This document shows, in pieces, positions 12,641-26,085 of a stretch of DNA of 64,000 nucleotides (the first letter of the stretch is position 1; each line of letters opens with the position of its first letter). Under the pieces are notes generated by a model. That model saw only the letters and a list, made by a program, of their open reading frames with translations, was not told where the DNA came from and searched no databases. The position numbers and the translations under genes are program-made. This stretch comes from Malacoraja senta (taxonomy: Eukaryota), in assembly GCA_038087875.1 (NCBI GenBank), contig CM075990.1, forward strand, positions 1,054,001-1,118,000. The letters run 5' to 3'.

Positions 12641-14687
12641 TTGTTTTAGATAAATGAATCCGAGATTGCGTAATTTCTCCTTATAATTTTCTTTCTGATC
12701 CAAGCCAGAACCACCCATCACAAAGCCATTCTGACTTTGTTCGATCAATAGAGTGTTTAAAAGTGTTGAATAAATATTTAATTCTAGATATTATTGATTT
12801 CTCAATAATCCTAGGAAAGATGTTGGGAGGTCTTCATTTTTAATGGGTTCAACAGATCTAGCAATGAGTGCCGCATACAAGATGAGCTTCAAGGCAGCAT
12901 GGTGAAACTGGGGAAAACATTGGGGTGGTTTGAGATGTAGGACCATCGGATGTATTTGCTTTGAGCATGACAAAATATTTGGATATATAAATAAAATTCC
13001 AGCTTTCTGTGTGCGTTGGCATTTTCCCTCATTGAGTAGAGTAAAACTGTGATAATTCAACACACTCGGGACTTTCGGTCTGGACCTCTGTGCTGCTGGA
13101 TGTTACTCCCTATAAACACATTGTTACATTTATTTAAAACATGTTAAAGTTTTACAGTAAGTTGAAACTTTCAGATGAGTTGGGGCTGCAGTTGGATTCA
13201 CGAGGAGGCAGAAAGTGTCATAGATACGATGTTTAGGAAGGTGGTTCAGACAGATGCTGGATGAGTAACTATCGGCAAGACCAGGCAAGCAGTGCACATA
13301 CCCTGTGGCTATTACCCTCTTTATCAGCTATACTGGGGGGGGGGGGGGGGGGGGCTGTCCAATTTTATTTTCAGATATAGGGCAAGGTTTCTTCAGCCAA
13401 CCTAATCGGTACCCCTCATCGTTTTATACACCTTACTTATGCCTTCTGAACCTCCTCCATTCAAGGGAGAACAGACCGACCAGCAATCAAATCAGTGGCA
13501 CTACAACAAGCTCTGTTGTGCAGCAGGGCAGGACTGAGTTAAAGAAGCGACAGTAATGGGGGGCTCGATAGTCAGGAGGATGGACAGGTATTTCCATGGC
13601 TGAGATTGAGACTCCAGGTTAGTGCGTTGGTTCCAGGGTCAAGAATATCTTGTAAGAATTGGTAGAATTGGTAGAAACTACGGAGTTAAGGAGGGAGAAG
13701 TGACCCTCAAAGGAAATGTTGGGAGTTGGATCAAAAGCAGAAAAGCAAGACCTCTAGTGTTGTAATCTCAATATTTCTGTAGGTGCTATTTGCTAGCGAG
13801 AATAAAAAATAAGGAGATGGGACTAATGACAGGTGCAGGAGGGAGGACTTCAAGTTTTTTGGATCTTTGGAATTTCTTCTGATGCAGGGGTGACCTGTAC
13901 AAGGCTCCTGAGTTGCTTCTGGACTGGAAGGGGAAAGATATCCTTGCAGGGATGTTTGCTTGTGCTACTTAGAGGTTTCATTCTAGTGAGGTGGGAGGTT
14001 GGAATTCAGAATGACAGGGCGGCAGGTGGAGAGGCTGACTCACGTGTAGGAAGTAGAACAGGCAAGTCCAGTGGGAAGAGTAAGTAGAGAGAGGAAGGGA
14101 AGCAACCACATCAATGATTTGGATGAGAATGTACAAGACATTGTTAGTAAATTTGCAATGCTACTAAAATAGGTGGTAACGTTGATATTCAAAATGGTTA
14201 CAGTGGGATTTTGGCCACTGAGCAAGTGGGTGAGGAATGGCTAATGCAGTGTTATTCTGATAAGTGTGAGGTATTACATTTTGGGCAGTCAAACCAGGGC
14301 AGAACCTTGAACGGTAGAGCCCTGAAGAATGTTAGAGAGCAGAGGGACCTGGTATATAGTGCCCCAAAAGTGGCGTTGTATTTAGATATGGTGGTGAAGG
14401 CTTTTGGCAGACTAGCCTTCATCAGTCAAGGAATTGAGTATAGAAGCTAGGACATAATGCTACATTTGTATAGGACGTTGGTGAGGCTACACATTTAGTA
14501 TTGTGTTCAATTTTGGTCACCCCCGTGATAGGGGCTGATCCATTTCTTCACTGAGTCACATGCATTGTATAGCACATGAATTTGTTTTTGGAAAGTATGC
14601 ATTACTTGGAGATAGTCACATTTGCAAAGTGGAATGCAAATGCTTTCCAAACAGCAGGGTGTGGTACATTTCTCTTTGTGTTTGCAG

Positions 14688-14848
14688 GGATTGTAGGTGA
14701 AGCAGATGAAAACGGTGAAGATCACTTCCTCTGGACCTACAAGAAACTTGAGATAGGTTACAATGGCAACCGAATTGTTGATGTTAACTTGACCAGCGAG
14801 GGGAAGGTCAAGTTGGTGGCGAACACAAAAATTCCAATGTCTTATTCG
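14688..14848 (+). CDS. TM9SF3: TM9SF3 exon 4 equivalent
   Basis: tttgcag|...|gtaagt, 161 nt; [54 protein letters not shown]; phase fits the previous exon. Confidence 0.97.
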
Positions 14849-15702
14849 GTAAGTATAGTTTGAAACAGAAAATGTGATTTTTTACAATTGCAACAATATG
14901 TTGCAAGAATGTAACTAGCCTATACTCTAAGCCTCCATTAATATTACAAAGAAAGCATATTTTCACACAGTAGTGCAAATTGTAAATTTGTGTTCTAGCA
15001 CAAAAGTTTTCCAGCCTGCTGGGAATCTTGGTACTGTTCTATATATGAGGCAACTGCCCCATCCTACTCATCAATTCATTTTGAATATTGAAACAAAGTA
15101 CTACAGATGCTGGTTTACAATAGAAGTGCTGGAGTAACTCTGCAGTGGTTCAGTCTGAAGAATGGTCCTGACCTGAAATGTCACCTATCCATGTTCTCCA
15201 GAGATACTACTGTTACTCCAGCACTTTGTGCCTCATTTTGAAAATTGTTCATTTTAAAGTGGTATTGAAATCCCTTTTAAACAGTGAATACTATTTTGAT
15301 ACTTTAATATCCTTTGTTTAATGAACATGAACCGATGGTTCTATAATTGTATCATAGTGCCAATGCTATCTCTTAATCTAAAACCACAGTTTAAAAGTGT
15401 ACTCCCGTGACTGACATTAACTAATTCAGTTTCTTTCTGTATTAATATTCAAATGTCAACATTTACTGTGTTCTGGAATTTGCCTGTTGGTGTTTTAATC
15501 CAATGTAATCTGACCTTTGTTCTTAACAGCAGAGACGTTAATAATGTTAACACTATGTATGAGACCAAGCCTGTTCCAGAACTCCACCGGCAGATTTCCT
15601 ACTACATATTTGCTGACTATTAATCTAACATGGCACTGGTGATATATGGGGAAACTTCAAATTAATTAATGCCTGTGGCCATCTGTTCATTGACGATGCC
15701 TA

Positions 15703-17242
15703 CTGTGCCCTCCATAATGTTTGGGACAAAAAACCCTAATTTATTTATTTGCCTCTGTACTCCACAATTTGAGATTTGTAATAGAAAAAAATCACATGTG
15801 GTTAAAGTTACAGATTTTAATAAAGGCCATTTTTATACATTTTGGTTTCACCATGTAGAAATTACAGCAGTGTTTATACATGTCCACCCATTTCAGGGCA
15901 CCATAATGTTTGGGACACAGCAATGTCATCTAAATGAAAGTAGTCATATTTAGTATTTTGTTGCATATCCTTTGCATGCTATGACTGTTTTGCAGCCATC
16001 TTTAGCTTATGCTTATTTTGGGGGCTTGTCCCCTTCAGTTTTCTCTTCAGCATATAAAAGGCATGCTCAAATGGGTTCAGATCGGTTAATTGACTTGGCC
16101 ACTCAAAAATTGACCATTTTTTAGCTTTGAAAAACTCCTTTGTTGCCTTAGCAGTATGTTTGGGAGCATTGTCTTGCTGCAGAATGAACCGCCGGCCAAT
16201 GAGTTTTGAGGCATTTGTTTGAACTTGAGCAGAAAGGATGTGTTTATACACTTCAGAATTCATTATGCTACTACCATCAACAGTTGTATCATCAATGAAG
16301 ATAAGTGAGTCAGTGCCTTCAGCATCCATACATGCCCAGGCAACAACACCCCCACCGCCGTGTTTCACAGATGAGGTGGTGTGCTTTGGATCTTGGGCAG
16401 TTCCTTCTCTCCATACTTTGCTCTTGCCATCACTCTGGTATAAGTTAATCTTCGTCTCATCTGTTCACAAGACCTTTTTCCAGAACTGTGGTTGCTCTTT
16501 TAATTACTTCTTGGCAAACTGTAACATGGCCATCCTATTTTTGCGGCTAACCAGTGGTTTACATCTTGCAGTGTAGCCTCTGTATTTGTGTTCATGAAGT
16601 CTTCTGCGGATAGTGGTCATTGACAAATCCACACCTGACTCCTGAAGAGTGTTTCTGATCTGTTGGACAGGTGTTTGGGGATTTTTCTTTATTATAGGGA
16701 GAATTCTGTTGTCATCAGCTGTAAAGATCTTCCTTGGCCTGCCAGACCCTTTGCGATTATCTTAATGATGTTCCAAACAGTTGATTTTAGTAAGCCTAAG
16801 GTTTGGCTGATGTCTCTAACAGTTATATTCTTGTTTCTCAGTCTCATTATGGCTTCTTTGACTTTCATTGGCACAACTTTGGTCCTCATGTTGATAAGCA
16901 GCAATAAAAGTTTCCAAAGGTGATGGAAAGACTGAAGGAAAGACTAGGTGCTGAAAGCTCTCTTATACCTGCATTAAGGAGGTATTTAAACACACCTGAG
17001 CAATTACAAAAACCTGTGAAGCCATGTGTCCCAAATATTATGGTGCCCTGAAATGGGGGGGGGGGGGGGGGGGGGGGGCTATGTATAAACACTGGTGTAA
17101 TTTCTACATGGTGAAACTAAAATGTATAAAAATACACTTTAACCACATGTGATTTTTTTTCTATTACAAATCTCAAATTGTGGAGTGCAGAGCCAAATAA
17201 ATAAATGATGAGTCTTTGTCCCAAACATTATGGAGGGCACTG
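15703..17242 (-). mobile_element. Tc1 family-2 copy, degenerate
   Basis: TA|CTGTGCCCTCCATAATG...CATTATGGAGGGCACTG|TA; ORF KHGGGGV...QQDNAPKH...DLNPFE. Confidence 0.93.
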
Positions 17243-17749
17243 TATTTTGTTGCCCCATTGAATGAGACTTCCTCAAAAGAGCTCCAGTCCAGTCTTAAAT
17301 AGCTGCCCTTTAATTGAAACAGTCAATGTGTGCTTGGTAGCAGCATGTTGCACACAGCAGCCAGGTCAGATGGAACACAGAGAATCATAACACTTTACAT
17401 TTTTGCCAAGGTTCAAGTTGTTAAGGAACATGTTGTATTTTAATAGTTGTATGGATAGGTCGATACTATGACCCATATTTAACCCTTTGTTCCCTTGGCT
17501 AAAATCCCCATCTAAATTCAAGCTATATAGGAGAATTACTTAGCCATTGTAAGATTGAAAGTCGAGGGGAATAATGTGACCTTGACAATGTTTCAGATGG
17601 CAACATAAATGAGATGGATTATTATACACTCAGATTTCAGACATAATGGGTAATACAAATTGTGCAGTTATGTTCTGATTAGACGTACTTTTGCCAATTT
17701 CACATAGTGTATTGTTTTTATTGCGTAATTTGTTTTGTGGTTATTTTAG

Positions 17750-17827
17750 ATGAAGTGGAAGAAATCTGATGTGAAGTTTGAAGACCGATTTGATAAGTAC
17801 CTTGACCCATCCTTCTTTCAACACAGA
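17750..17827 (+). CDS. TM9SF3: TM9SF3 exon 5 equivalent
   Basis: ttttag|...|gtatgt, 78 nt; [26 protein letters not shown]. Confidence 0.96.
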
Positions 17828-17932
17828 GTATGTGGAATTTTAACCTTATTGGTCCTATTTCTTCCACAGTTTATTCCCTTCCCTCTTTAAATCCTTGAGT
17901 CAAGTTGAAGTATAATTCTACCAGTAATGTAT

Positions 17933-18416
17933 ACATAGATACATAGAAAATAGGTGCAGGAGGAGGCCATTCGGTCCTTTGAGCCAGCACCGCCATTCAT
18001 TGTGATCATGGCTGATCGTCCCCTATCAATAACCCGTGCCTACCTTCTCCCCATATCCCTTGACTCCACTAGCCCCTAGAGCTCTATCTAACTCTCTCTT
18101 AAATCCATCCAGTGACTTGGCCTCCACTGCCCTCTGTGGCAGGGAATTCCATAAATTCACAACTCTCTGGGTGAAAACGTTTTTTTCTCACCTCAGTCTT
18201 AAATGACCTCCCCTTTATTCTAAGACTGTGGCCATTGGTTCTGGACTCGCCCAACATTGGGAACATTTTTCCTGCATCTAGCTTGTCCAGTCCTTTTATA
18301 ATTTTTATATGTTTCTATAAGATCCCCCCTCATCCTTCTAAACTCCAGTGAATACAAGCCTAGTCTTTTCAATCTTTCCTCAAATGACAGTCCCGCCATC
18401 CCAGGGATCAATCTCG
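17933..18416 (-). mobile_element. CR1 3' fragment
   Basis: [35 protein letters not shown] plus CR1 3' UTR. Confidence 0.88.
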
Positions 18417-18626
18417 TACCTCACTATACCTCACTATATTTTTATCCAAGTGCCTATCATCAATATGGTAGGTTGCATCCCGCACCCAGGTCCTGATTGC
18501 ATGTCGTTCCCATATTAGTAATCATATTGAATGTTAGTTTATTAGTGGAAATTTGTTTGTGATTGTAAAACTGTAAATTAAAAATTCCGATCCTATATCA
18601 GAAGATACTCTTTTGTGTATTGACAG

Positions 18627-18758
18627 ATTCACTGGTTCTCTATCTTCAATTCCTTCATGATGGTTATTTTCTTGGTTGGATTGGTTTCCATGATTTTAAT
18701 GCGCACTTTACGAAAGGACTACGCTCGGTACAGTAAGGAAGAAGAAATGGATGACATG
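18627..18758 (+). CDS. TM9SF3: TM9SF3 exon 6 equivalent (first TM helix)
   Basis: gacag|...|gtgagg, 132 nt; [44 protein letters not shown]. Confidence 0.97.
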
Positions 18759-19239
18759 GTGAGGATAACTCCTGAGATGAGGTTGTTTTGACAATGGAGG
18801 CCATCTCCCCTCTGCTGTTGGAATCCGTTTCATTCTATCTGTACACTTCATGGTTAAAAAAACCTTCATCAGATCTCCTTGCAATTCCCTCTGTTCCAAG
18901 GAGATCAATCTCAACTTCTCCAATCTATACGCATGTAAAATCCCTCATCCTTGGATTTATTGTGATAAATGTCTGTCCAAAACGTCCGTGTGTTTCTAAA
19001 GCGCAGTACCCAGAATTGAACAAAATGTCAAAATAATGGTAATTCAGCCCCTCGTTCCACCACTGTCACCACAGCCTTTGAATCCCTAAATGTCTTTTAG
19101 ATTTATAGATTTGTTTTGAATATATTCATCTGCAGCCAATTTGAGACAATACAGCTAAAATCAAATAATTTTTCATAAAGATTATCTACTATTTATAAAG
19201 CCCAGGATTCTGTAAGCTCATTAAAACGACTTTATCAAT

Positions 19240-19862
19240 CTTGATGTAACTCTATAGGACTTTGGTTAGACTGCATTTGGAGAATTGCATGCAGTTCTGG
19301 TCGCCCCGTTACAGGAAAGATGTGGGGACATGGAGAGGGTGCAGAGGAGATTTAGTAGAATGCTGCTTGGAGTAGAGGGTTTTAGCTATAGGGAAAGGTT
19401 GGACAGACTTGGATTGATTTCTCTGGAACTTCTGAGGTTAAGGGGAGACTTGATAGCAATATATAAAATTATGAGAGGCATAGAAAGGGTAGACAGAACC
19501 TTTTTCCCAGGGTCGAAATGTCCAACACTAGAGGGCACAGCTATAAAGTGAGAGGGGGAAAGTTTAGTAGAGATATGCGGGGCAAGTTTTTTTTCACAGA
19601 TGGTCATAGGGGCTTGGAACGCATTGCCAGGGGGTGGTGGTGGAAGCAGATATGATAGTGGCTTTGAAGAGGTTTTTAGATAGGCATCAGGGAAGGAGCT
19701 GGTTGAACCAGGTACTATCTCAACATTTAAAGGACATTTGAACAGGTAGGTGAACAGGAAAGGTTTAGAATGATATGTGCCAAACGCTGGCATGTGGGAA
19801 CAGTTTAGATGGGGCAACTTGGTTGGCGTGGGTAAGTTGGGCCAAAAGGCTCTATGACTATC
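19240..19862 (+). mobile_element. CR1 3' fragment (older subfamily)
   Basis: ERVQRRFSRML...ERLDRLGL...RGDLIAIYKIMRG. Confidence 0.82.
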
Positions 19863-19937
19863 ATCTTGTCTTCAGTTTCCCTAACTCCTTTCCTTCACGG
19901 ATTGTAAGGATAGATTGATACTATAACCCATATTAAC

Positions 19938-20238
19938 GTTAGAGATGCAGCGCAGAAGCAGGCCTTTCGGCCCACTGAGTCCTCGCTGACCAGCAATCAC
20001 CCCGTACACTCACACTATACTACACACTCGGGATAATTTGCAATTTTACCCAAGCCAATTAACCTACAAAGCTGTACTTCTTTGGGATGTTGGAGGAAAC
20101 CGGAGCACCCAGAGAAAACCCACGCAGTCACAGGAAGAACGTACAAACTCTGTACAGACAGCACCGGTAGTCAGAATTGAACCCAGGTCTCTGGTGCTGT
20201 GAGGCAGCAACTCTAGCGCTGTGCCACTGTGACGCCCC
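19938..20238 (-). mobile_element. V-SINE
   Basis: full-length match to the family consensus. Confidence 0.85.
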
Positions 20239-20360
20239 TATTATGTTTTCTTTGGCTCGAATGCCCATCCAAATTCAAGCTAAGGAAGATGAATTACTTA
20301 CCCATTGTACACTTGAGATTCCAGTGGAATAATGTGACCGTGACAATATTTTAGATGTTT

Positions 20361-20560
20361 NNNNNNNNNNNNNNNNNNNNNNNNNNNNNNNNNNNNNNNN
20401 NNNNNNNNNNNNNNNNNNNNNNNNNNNNNNNNNNNNNNNNNNNNNNNNNNNNNNNNNNNNNNNNNNNNNNNNNNNNNNNNNNNNNNNNNNNNNNNNNNNN
20501 NNNNNNNNNNNNNNNNNNNNNNNNNNNNNNNNNNNNNNNNNNNNNNNNNNNNNNNNNNNN
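20361..20560. other. Assembly gap (200 N)
   Basis: run of exactly 200 N. Confidence 0.99.
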
Positions 20561-21483
20561 TGGTCCTCGATTCACCTACTCTGGGTAAGAGATTCTGTGA
20601 CGTCTACCGGATCTATTCCTCTCATAATTGTATACACCTCAGTAAGATCACCCTCATCCTCCTGCGCTCCAAGGAATAGAGTCTCAAGGAATAGAGATGG
20701 CCTTTAAACCACCCCTCTGTAGCCTAAATCTTAACGGCAACTGACTTGTACATATTGACGCAAGGAACTGCAGATGCTGGTTTACGGAAATAAACAGTGG
20801 TGGAGTACCTAAACGTGTCATGTAGGTAATGTGTGTGGTACGACTGTTGGTAGATCAGTTCTGTGCTGCCCTTCAGTGGGTTCTCCAAAAGACTGGTGCT
20901 CGTCAGTGGCCATCAGTGTAGTTTAGCTGCTTCCTTTCATTCAAGGAGGGTTATGGTCTGAGTGCAGGTAGATGGGACTAGGGGGAAATATTTTATTTTT
21001 AATTTTTAAAAAAAAAATAAAAAAAAAAATTATGTTCGGCACGGACTGAAGGGCCGAGATGGCCTGTTCTGTGGCTGTTTATGGTTATATGGTTATATGG
21101 TTATTCTAAACCAGCACGTCAAATGGACGTATTGAGCAACTAGCAAAGTATTAAGCAGTTAACAGTTGATAACGAAGGGATATGGTAAATCCACCGGAAA
21201 GATCAATTTGGAACAGACACCTCGGTAATCTGTGGCAGCGGGGATAGGAGGAGCACAGATTCAAATGGCTAAAGGACATGTATGTAGAACTGAGCAAGGA
21301 AATTGTTCACACAAGCTCTTAAGATCTGATGTGCATCTTTTCAAGATTCAAGAGAGTTTATTGTCATGTGTCCCAGATAGGACAATGAAATTCTTGCTTT
21401 GCCTCAGCACAACAGAATATAGTAGGTATAAATAAATACATAACAGATCAGTGTGACCATATACCATTGAATATATATATATA

Positions 21484-22806
21484 CAGTGGCTTGCAAAAGT
21501 ATTCATAACCCTTGAACTTTTCCACATTTTGTCACGTTACAACCACAAACGTAAATGTATTTTATTGGAATTTTATGTGATAGACCTACACAAAGTGGCG
21601 CATAATTGTGAAGTGGAAGGAAAATGATACATGGTTTTCAATTTTTTTTACAAATAAATCTAAACCATTCCATTGTAGCTCTGGCTGTATGTTTAGGGTC
21701 GTTGTCCTGCTGGAAGGTGAACCTCCGCCCCAGTCTCAAGTCTTTTGCAGACTCTAACAGGTTTTCTTCCAAGATTGCCCTGTATTTGGCTCCATCCATC
21801 TTCCCATCAACTCTGACCAGCTTCCCTGTCCCTGCTGAAGAAAAGCATCCCCACAGCATGATGATGCCACCACCATGTTTCACAGTGGGGATGGTGTGTT
21901 CAGGGTGATGTGCAGTGTTAGGTTTCCGCCACACATAGCGTTTTTGCATTTAGTCCAAAAACTTCAATTTTGGTCTCATCTGACCAGCGCACCTTCCTCC
22001 ACATGTTTGCTGTGTCCCCCACATGGCTTGTGGCAAATGCCAAACGGGACTTCTTATGGCTTTTTTTCAACAATAGCTTTCTTCTTGCCACTCTTCCATA
22101 AAGGCCCGATTTGTGGAGTGCACGACTAATAGTTGTCCTGTGGACAGATTCTCCACCTGAGCTGTGGATCTCTGCAGCGCCTCCAGAGTTACCATGGGCC
22201 TCTTGGCTGCTTCTCTAATCAATGCTCTCCTTGCCCGGCCTGTCAGTTTAGGTGGATGGCCATGTCTTGGTAGGTTTGCATTTGTGCCATACTCTTTCCA
22301 TTTTCGGATGATGGATTGAACAGTGCTCCGTGAGATGTTCACAGCTTGGGATATTTTTTTATAACCTAACCCTGCTTTAACATCTCCACAACTTTATCCT
22401 GACCCTGTCTGGTGTGTTCCTTGGGCTTCATGATGCTGTTTGTTCACTAACGTTCTCTAACAAACCTCTGAGGCCTTCACAGAACAGCTGTATTTATACT
22501 GAGATTAGATTACACACGTGGACTCTATTTACTAATTAGGTGACTTCTGAAGGCAATTGGTTGCACTGGATTTTATTTAGGGGTATCAGAGTAAAGGGGG
22601 CTGAATACTTTTGCACGCGACACTTTTCAGTTTTTTATTGTAAAAAAATTTGAAAACCATGTATCATTTTCCTTCCACGTCACAATTATGCCCACTTTGT
22701 GTTGGTCTATCACATAAAATCCTAATAAAATACATTTACGTTTGTGGTTGTAACGTGACAAAATGTGGAAAAGTTCAAGGGGTATGAATACTTTTGCAAG
22801 CCACTG
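21484..22806 (-). mobile_element. Passport-like Tc1 copy with an internal deletion of about 290 bp, inserted in a (TA)n tract
   Basis: TA|CAGTGGCTTGCAAAAG...CTTTTGCAAGCCACTG|TA; ORFs nearly identical to 4132-5141; deletion junction near 21658 removes the transposase C-terminus and an inner DR. Confidence 0.94.
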
Positions 22807-22837
<31 letters not shown>

Positions 22838-23406
22838 TGAGTTGAATAGCCTGATGGCTGTGGGGAAGTAGCTATTCCTGAACCTGGATGTTGCCGATTT
22901 CAAGCTCCTGTACCTTCTACCTGAAGGCAGCGGGAGATGTGTGAGTGGCCAGGATGGTGTGGATCCTTGATGATGCTGGCTGCCTTTTTGAGGCAGCGAC
23001 TGCAATAGACCCCCTCGATGGTAGGGAGGTCAGAGCCGATGATGGACTGGGCAGTGTTGACAGCTTTTCGCAGTCTTTTCCGCTCCTGGGCGCTCAAGTT
23101 GCTGAACCAAGCCACGATGCAACCGGTCAGCATGCTCTCTACTGTGCACCTGTAGAATTTCGAGAGAGTCCTCCTTGTCATACCGACTCTCCGTAATCTT
23201 CTCAGGATGTAGAGGCGCTGATATGCTTCTTTATAATTGCATCAGTGTTCTCAGACCAGGAGAGATCTTCTGAGATATGCACAGCCAGGAATTTGAAGCT
23301 CTTGACCCTCTACGGGACTATGGGTCCCCATCCCACCCCTCCCAAAGTCCACAATCAGTTCCTTGGTTTTGCTGGTGGTGTGAGCGAGGTTATTGTGCCA
23401 ACACCA

Positions 23407-24903
23407 TTCCAATGTTCTATAAACTCAGGATCCAGGTGATGTGGATTGGAGGGTAACTAATGTTATCCCACTTTTTAAGAAAGGCGGGAGAGAGAAAACA
23501 GGGAATTATAGACCAGTTAGCCTGACATCGGTGGTGGGGAAGATGCTGGAGTCAATTGTAAAAGATGAAATAGCCGCACATTTGGATAGCAGTAACAGGA
23601 TCGGTCCGAGTCAGCATGGATTTACGAAGGGGAAATCATGCTTGACTAATCTTCTGGAATTTTTTGAGGATGTAACTAGGAAAATGGACAAGGGAGAGTC
23701 AGTGGATGTAGTGTACCTGGACTTTCAGAAAGCATTTGATAAGGTCCCACATAGGAGATTAGTGGGCAAAATTAGGGCACATGGTATTGGGGGTAGAGTG
23801 CTGACATGGATAGAAAATTGGTTGGCAGACTGGAAAACAAAGAGTAGGAATTAACGGGTCCCTTTCAGAATGGCAGGCAGTGACTAGTGGGGTACCGCAA
23901 GGCTCGGTGCTGGGACCGCAGCTATTTACAATATACATCAATGATTTGGATAAAGGGATTCAAAGTAACATTAGCAAATTTGCAGATGACATAAAGCTGG
24001 GTGGCAGTGTGAACTGTGAGGAGGATGCTATGAGAATGCAGGGTAACTTGGACAGGTTGGGGGAGTGGGCAGATGCATGGCAGATGAAGTTTAATGTGGA
24101 TAAATGTGAGGTTATCCAGTTTGGTATCAAAAACAGGAAGGCAGATTACTATCTAAATGGCATCAAGTTGGGTAAAGGGGAAGTACAGCGGGATCTGGGG
24201 GTCCTTGTTCATCAGTCTATGAAAGTAAGCATGCAGGTACAGCAGGCGGTGAAGAAAGCGAATGGCATGTTGGCCTTTATAACAAGAGGAGTTGAGTATA
24301 GGAGCAAAGAAGTCCTTCTGCCGTTGTACAGAACCCTATTGAGACCACACCTGGATTATTGTGTGCAGTTTTGGTCCCCTAATTTGAGGAAGGACATTCT
24401 TGCTATTGTGGGAGTGCAGCGTAGGTTTACAAGGTTAATTTCCGGGATGGCGGGTCTGTCATATGCCGAGATAATGGAGCGGCTGGGCTTGTACACTCTG
24501 GAGTTTAGAAGGATGAGGGGATATCTTATTGAAACACATTAGATTGTTAAGGGTTTGGACACGCTAGAGGCAGGAAACATGTTCCCGATGTTGGGGGAGT
24601 CCAGAACCAGGGGCCACAGTTTACGAATAAGGGGTAAGCCATTTAGAACGGAGACGAGGAAACACTTTTTCTCACAGTGAGTTGTGAGTCTATGGAATTC
24701 TCTGCCTCAGAGGGCGGTGGAGGCCGGTTCTCTGGATACTTTCAAGAGAGAGCTAGATAGGGCTCTTAAAGATAGTGGAGTCAGGGGATATGGGGCGAAG
24801 GCAGGAACGGGGTATTGATTGGCGATGATCAGCCATGATCACATTGAATGGCGGTGCTGGCTCGAAGGGCCGAATGGCCTACTCCTGCACCTATTGTCTA
24901 TTG
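23407..24903 (+). mobile_element. CR1 (HER1-like) LINE, 5'-truncated, young
   Basis: RT ORFs 23441-23854 and 23880-24542 ([29 protein letters not shown]); 3' tail (CTATTGT)n. Confidence 0.95.
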
Positions 24904-25200
24904 GTCAAATGGTCAATCTCACTTCTATACTCTGACTCATCTCCATCAGTGATACGTTCCACCACGGTGGTGTCGTCAGCGAACTTGATGATGGAGTTCG
25001 CACTATGACTGGCTACGCAGTCATGAGTATAGAGTGAGTACAGCAGGGGGCTGTGCACGCAGCCTTGAGGTGCTCCCATGCTGATTGTTATCGAGGCTAA
25101 CACATTTCCACCAATATGGACAGACTGTGGTCTGTGAATGAGGAAGTCGATCCAATTGCAGAGGGATGCGCAGAGACCCATCCATGAATCAGTTTGTGAT

Positions 25201-25336
25201 TGAAGACTGAAGAAGGGTTCCGATCTGAAATGTCGCCTTTTCCTTTTCTTCAGAGATGCTGCCTGGCCCGCTGAGTTACTCCAACATTTTATATCTATAT
25301 TTGGTATAAACCAGCATTTGTAGTTCCTTCCTACAC
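25201..25336 (+). mobile_element. Penelope-derived pLTR insert with 14-bp TSD
   Basis: TSD AATCAGTTTGTGAT (25187-200 and 25337-350). Confidence 0.85.
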
Positions 25337-25589
25337 AATCAGTTTGTGATGTTAAGTAGGAAACTGTTCCTTCACCATCTTAGCATATTTAGCCTTTATT
25401 TAAAGTGGACATGAGGCCAGTTCATATGGCCCCACTACTCTCTTGGTTCAAACAGCTTTCCATCATTTCAGTAGCCAGCAAAATCTGGATGTTATTAATT
25501 GGATATTGCTTAATGTATAATCCAACAGAGGGCACCCATAGCCCACAATGTAACCACATGTTGCATGAAGCAGCATTTTTTATGTCATA

Positions 25590-26085
25590 AGAGCAGATTT
25601 AGGCCATTCGGCTCATCAAATCTCCTCTGTCATTCAATCATGGCTGATCTACCTTTCCCTCTCAACCCCATTCTCCTGCCTTCTCCCCATAACCCCTGAC
25701 TCCCTTACTAATCAAGAATCTGTCAATCTCTCCCTTAAAAATATCGAATGACGGCCTCCACAGCCGTCTGTGGCATAGAGATTCTCTTCCCTCTGACTAT
25801 AGAAATTACTCCTCATCTCCTTTTAAAGCTACATCCTTTTATTCTGAGGCTGTGCTCTCTGATCCTAGATTCTCCCACTTATGGATTCATCCTCTTCACA
25901 ACCACTCTCTCCAGGCCTTTCATTATTTGGTAGGTTTCAATGAGCTCCCTCTAATCCTTCTAAACTCCAGCGAGTACAGGCCCAGTGCCATCAAACGCTC
26001 ATCATATGTTAACCCAATTATCCCCGGGATCATTTTCGGAAATCTCGCGTGGACCCTCTCCAATGCCAGCACGCCTATCCTCAGA
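25590..26085 (-). mobile_element. CR1 3' fragment
   Basis: [26 protein letters not shown]. Confidence 0.82.

Larger units (their letters stand above)
21340..25180 (-). mobile_element. Rex1/Babar-like LINE, 5'-truncated, split by Tc1 and CR1 insertions
   Basis: ORF pieces [20 protein letters not shown]...KFADDTTVV (24891-25181) and FYRCTVESMLTGCIVAWF (22900-23181); 3' UTR at 21340-21483. Confidence 0.88.
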
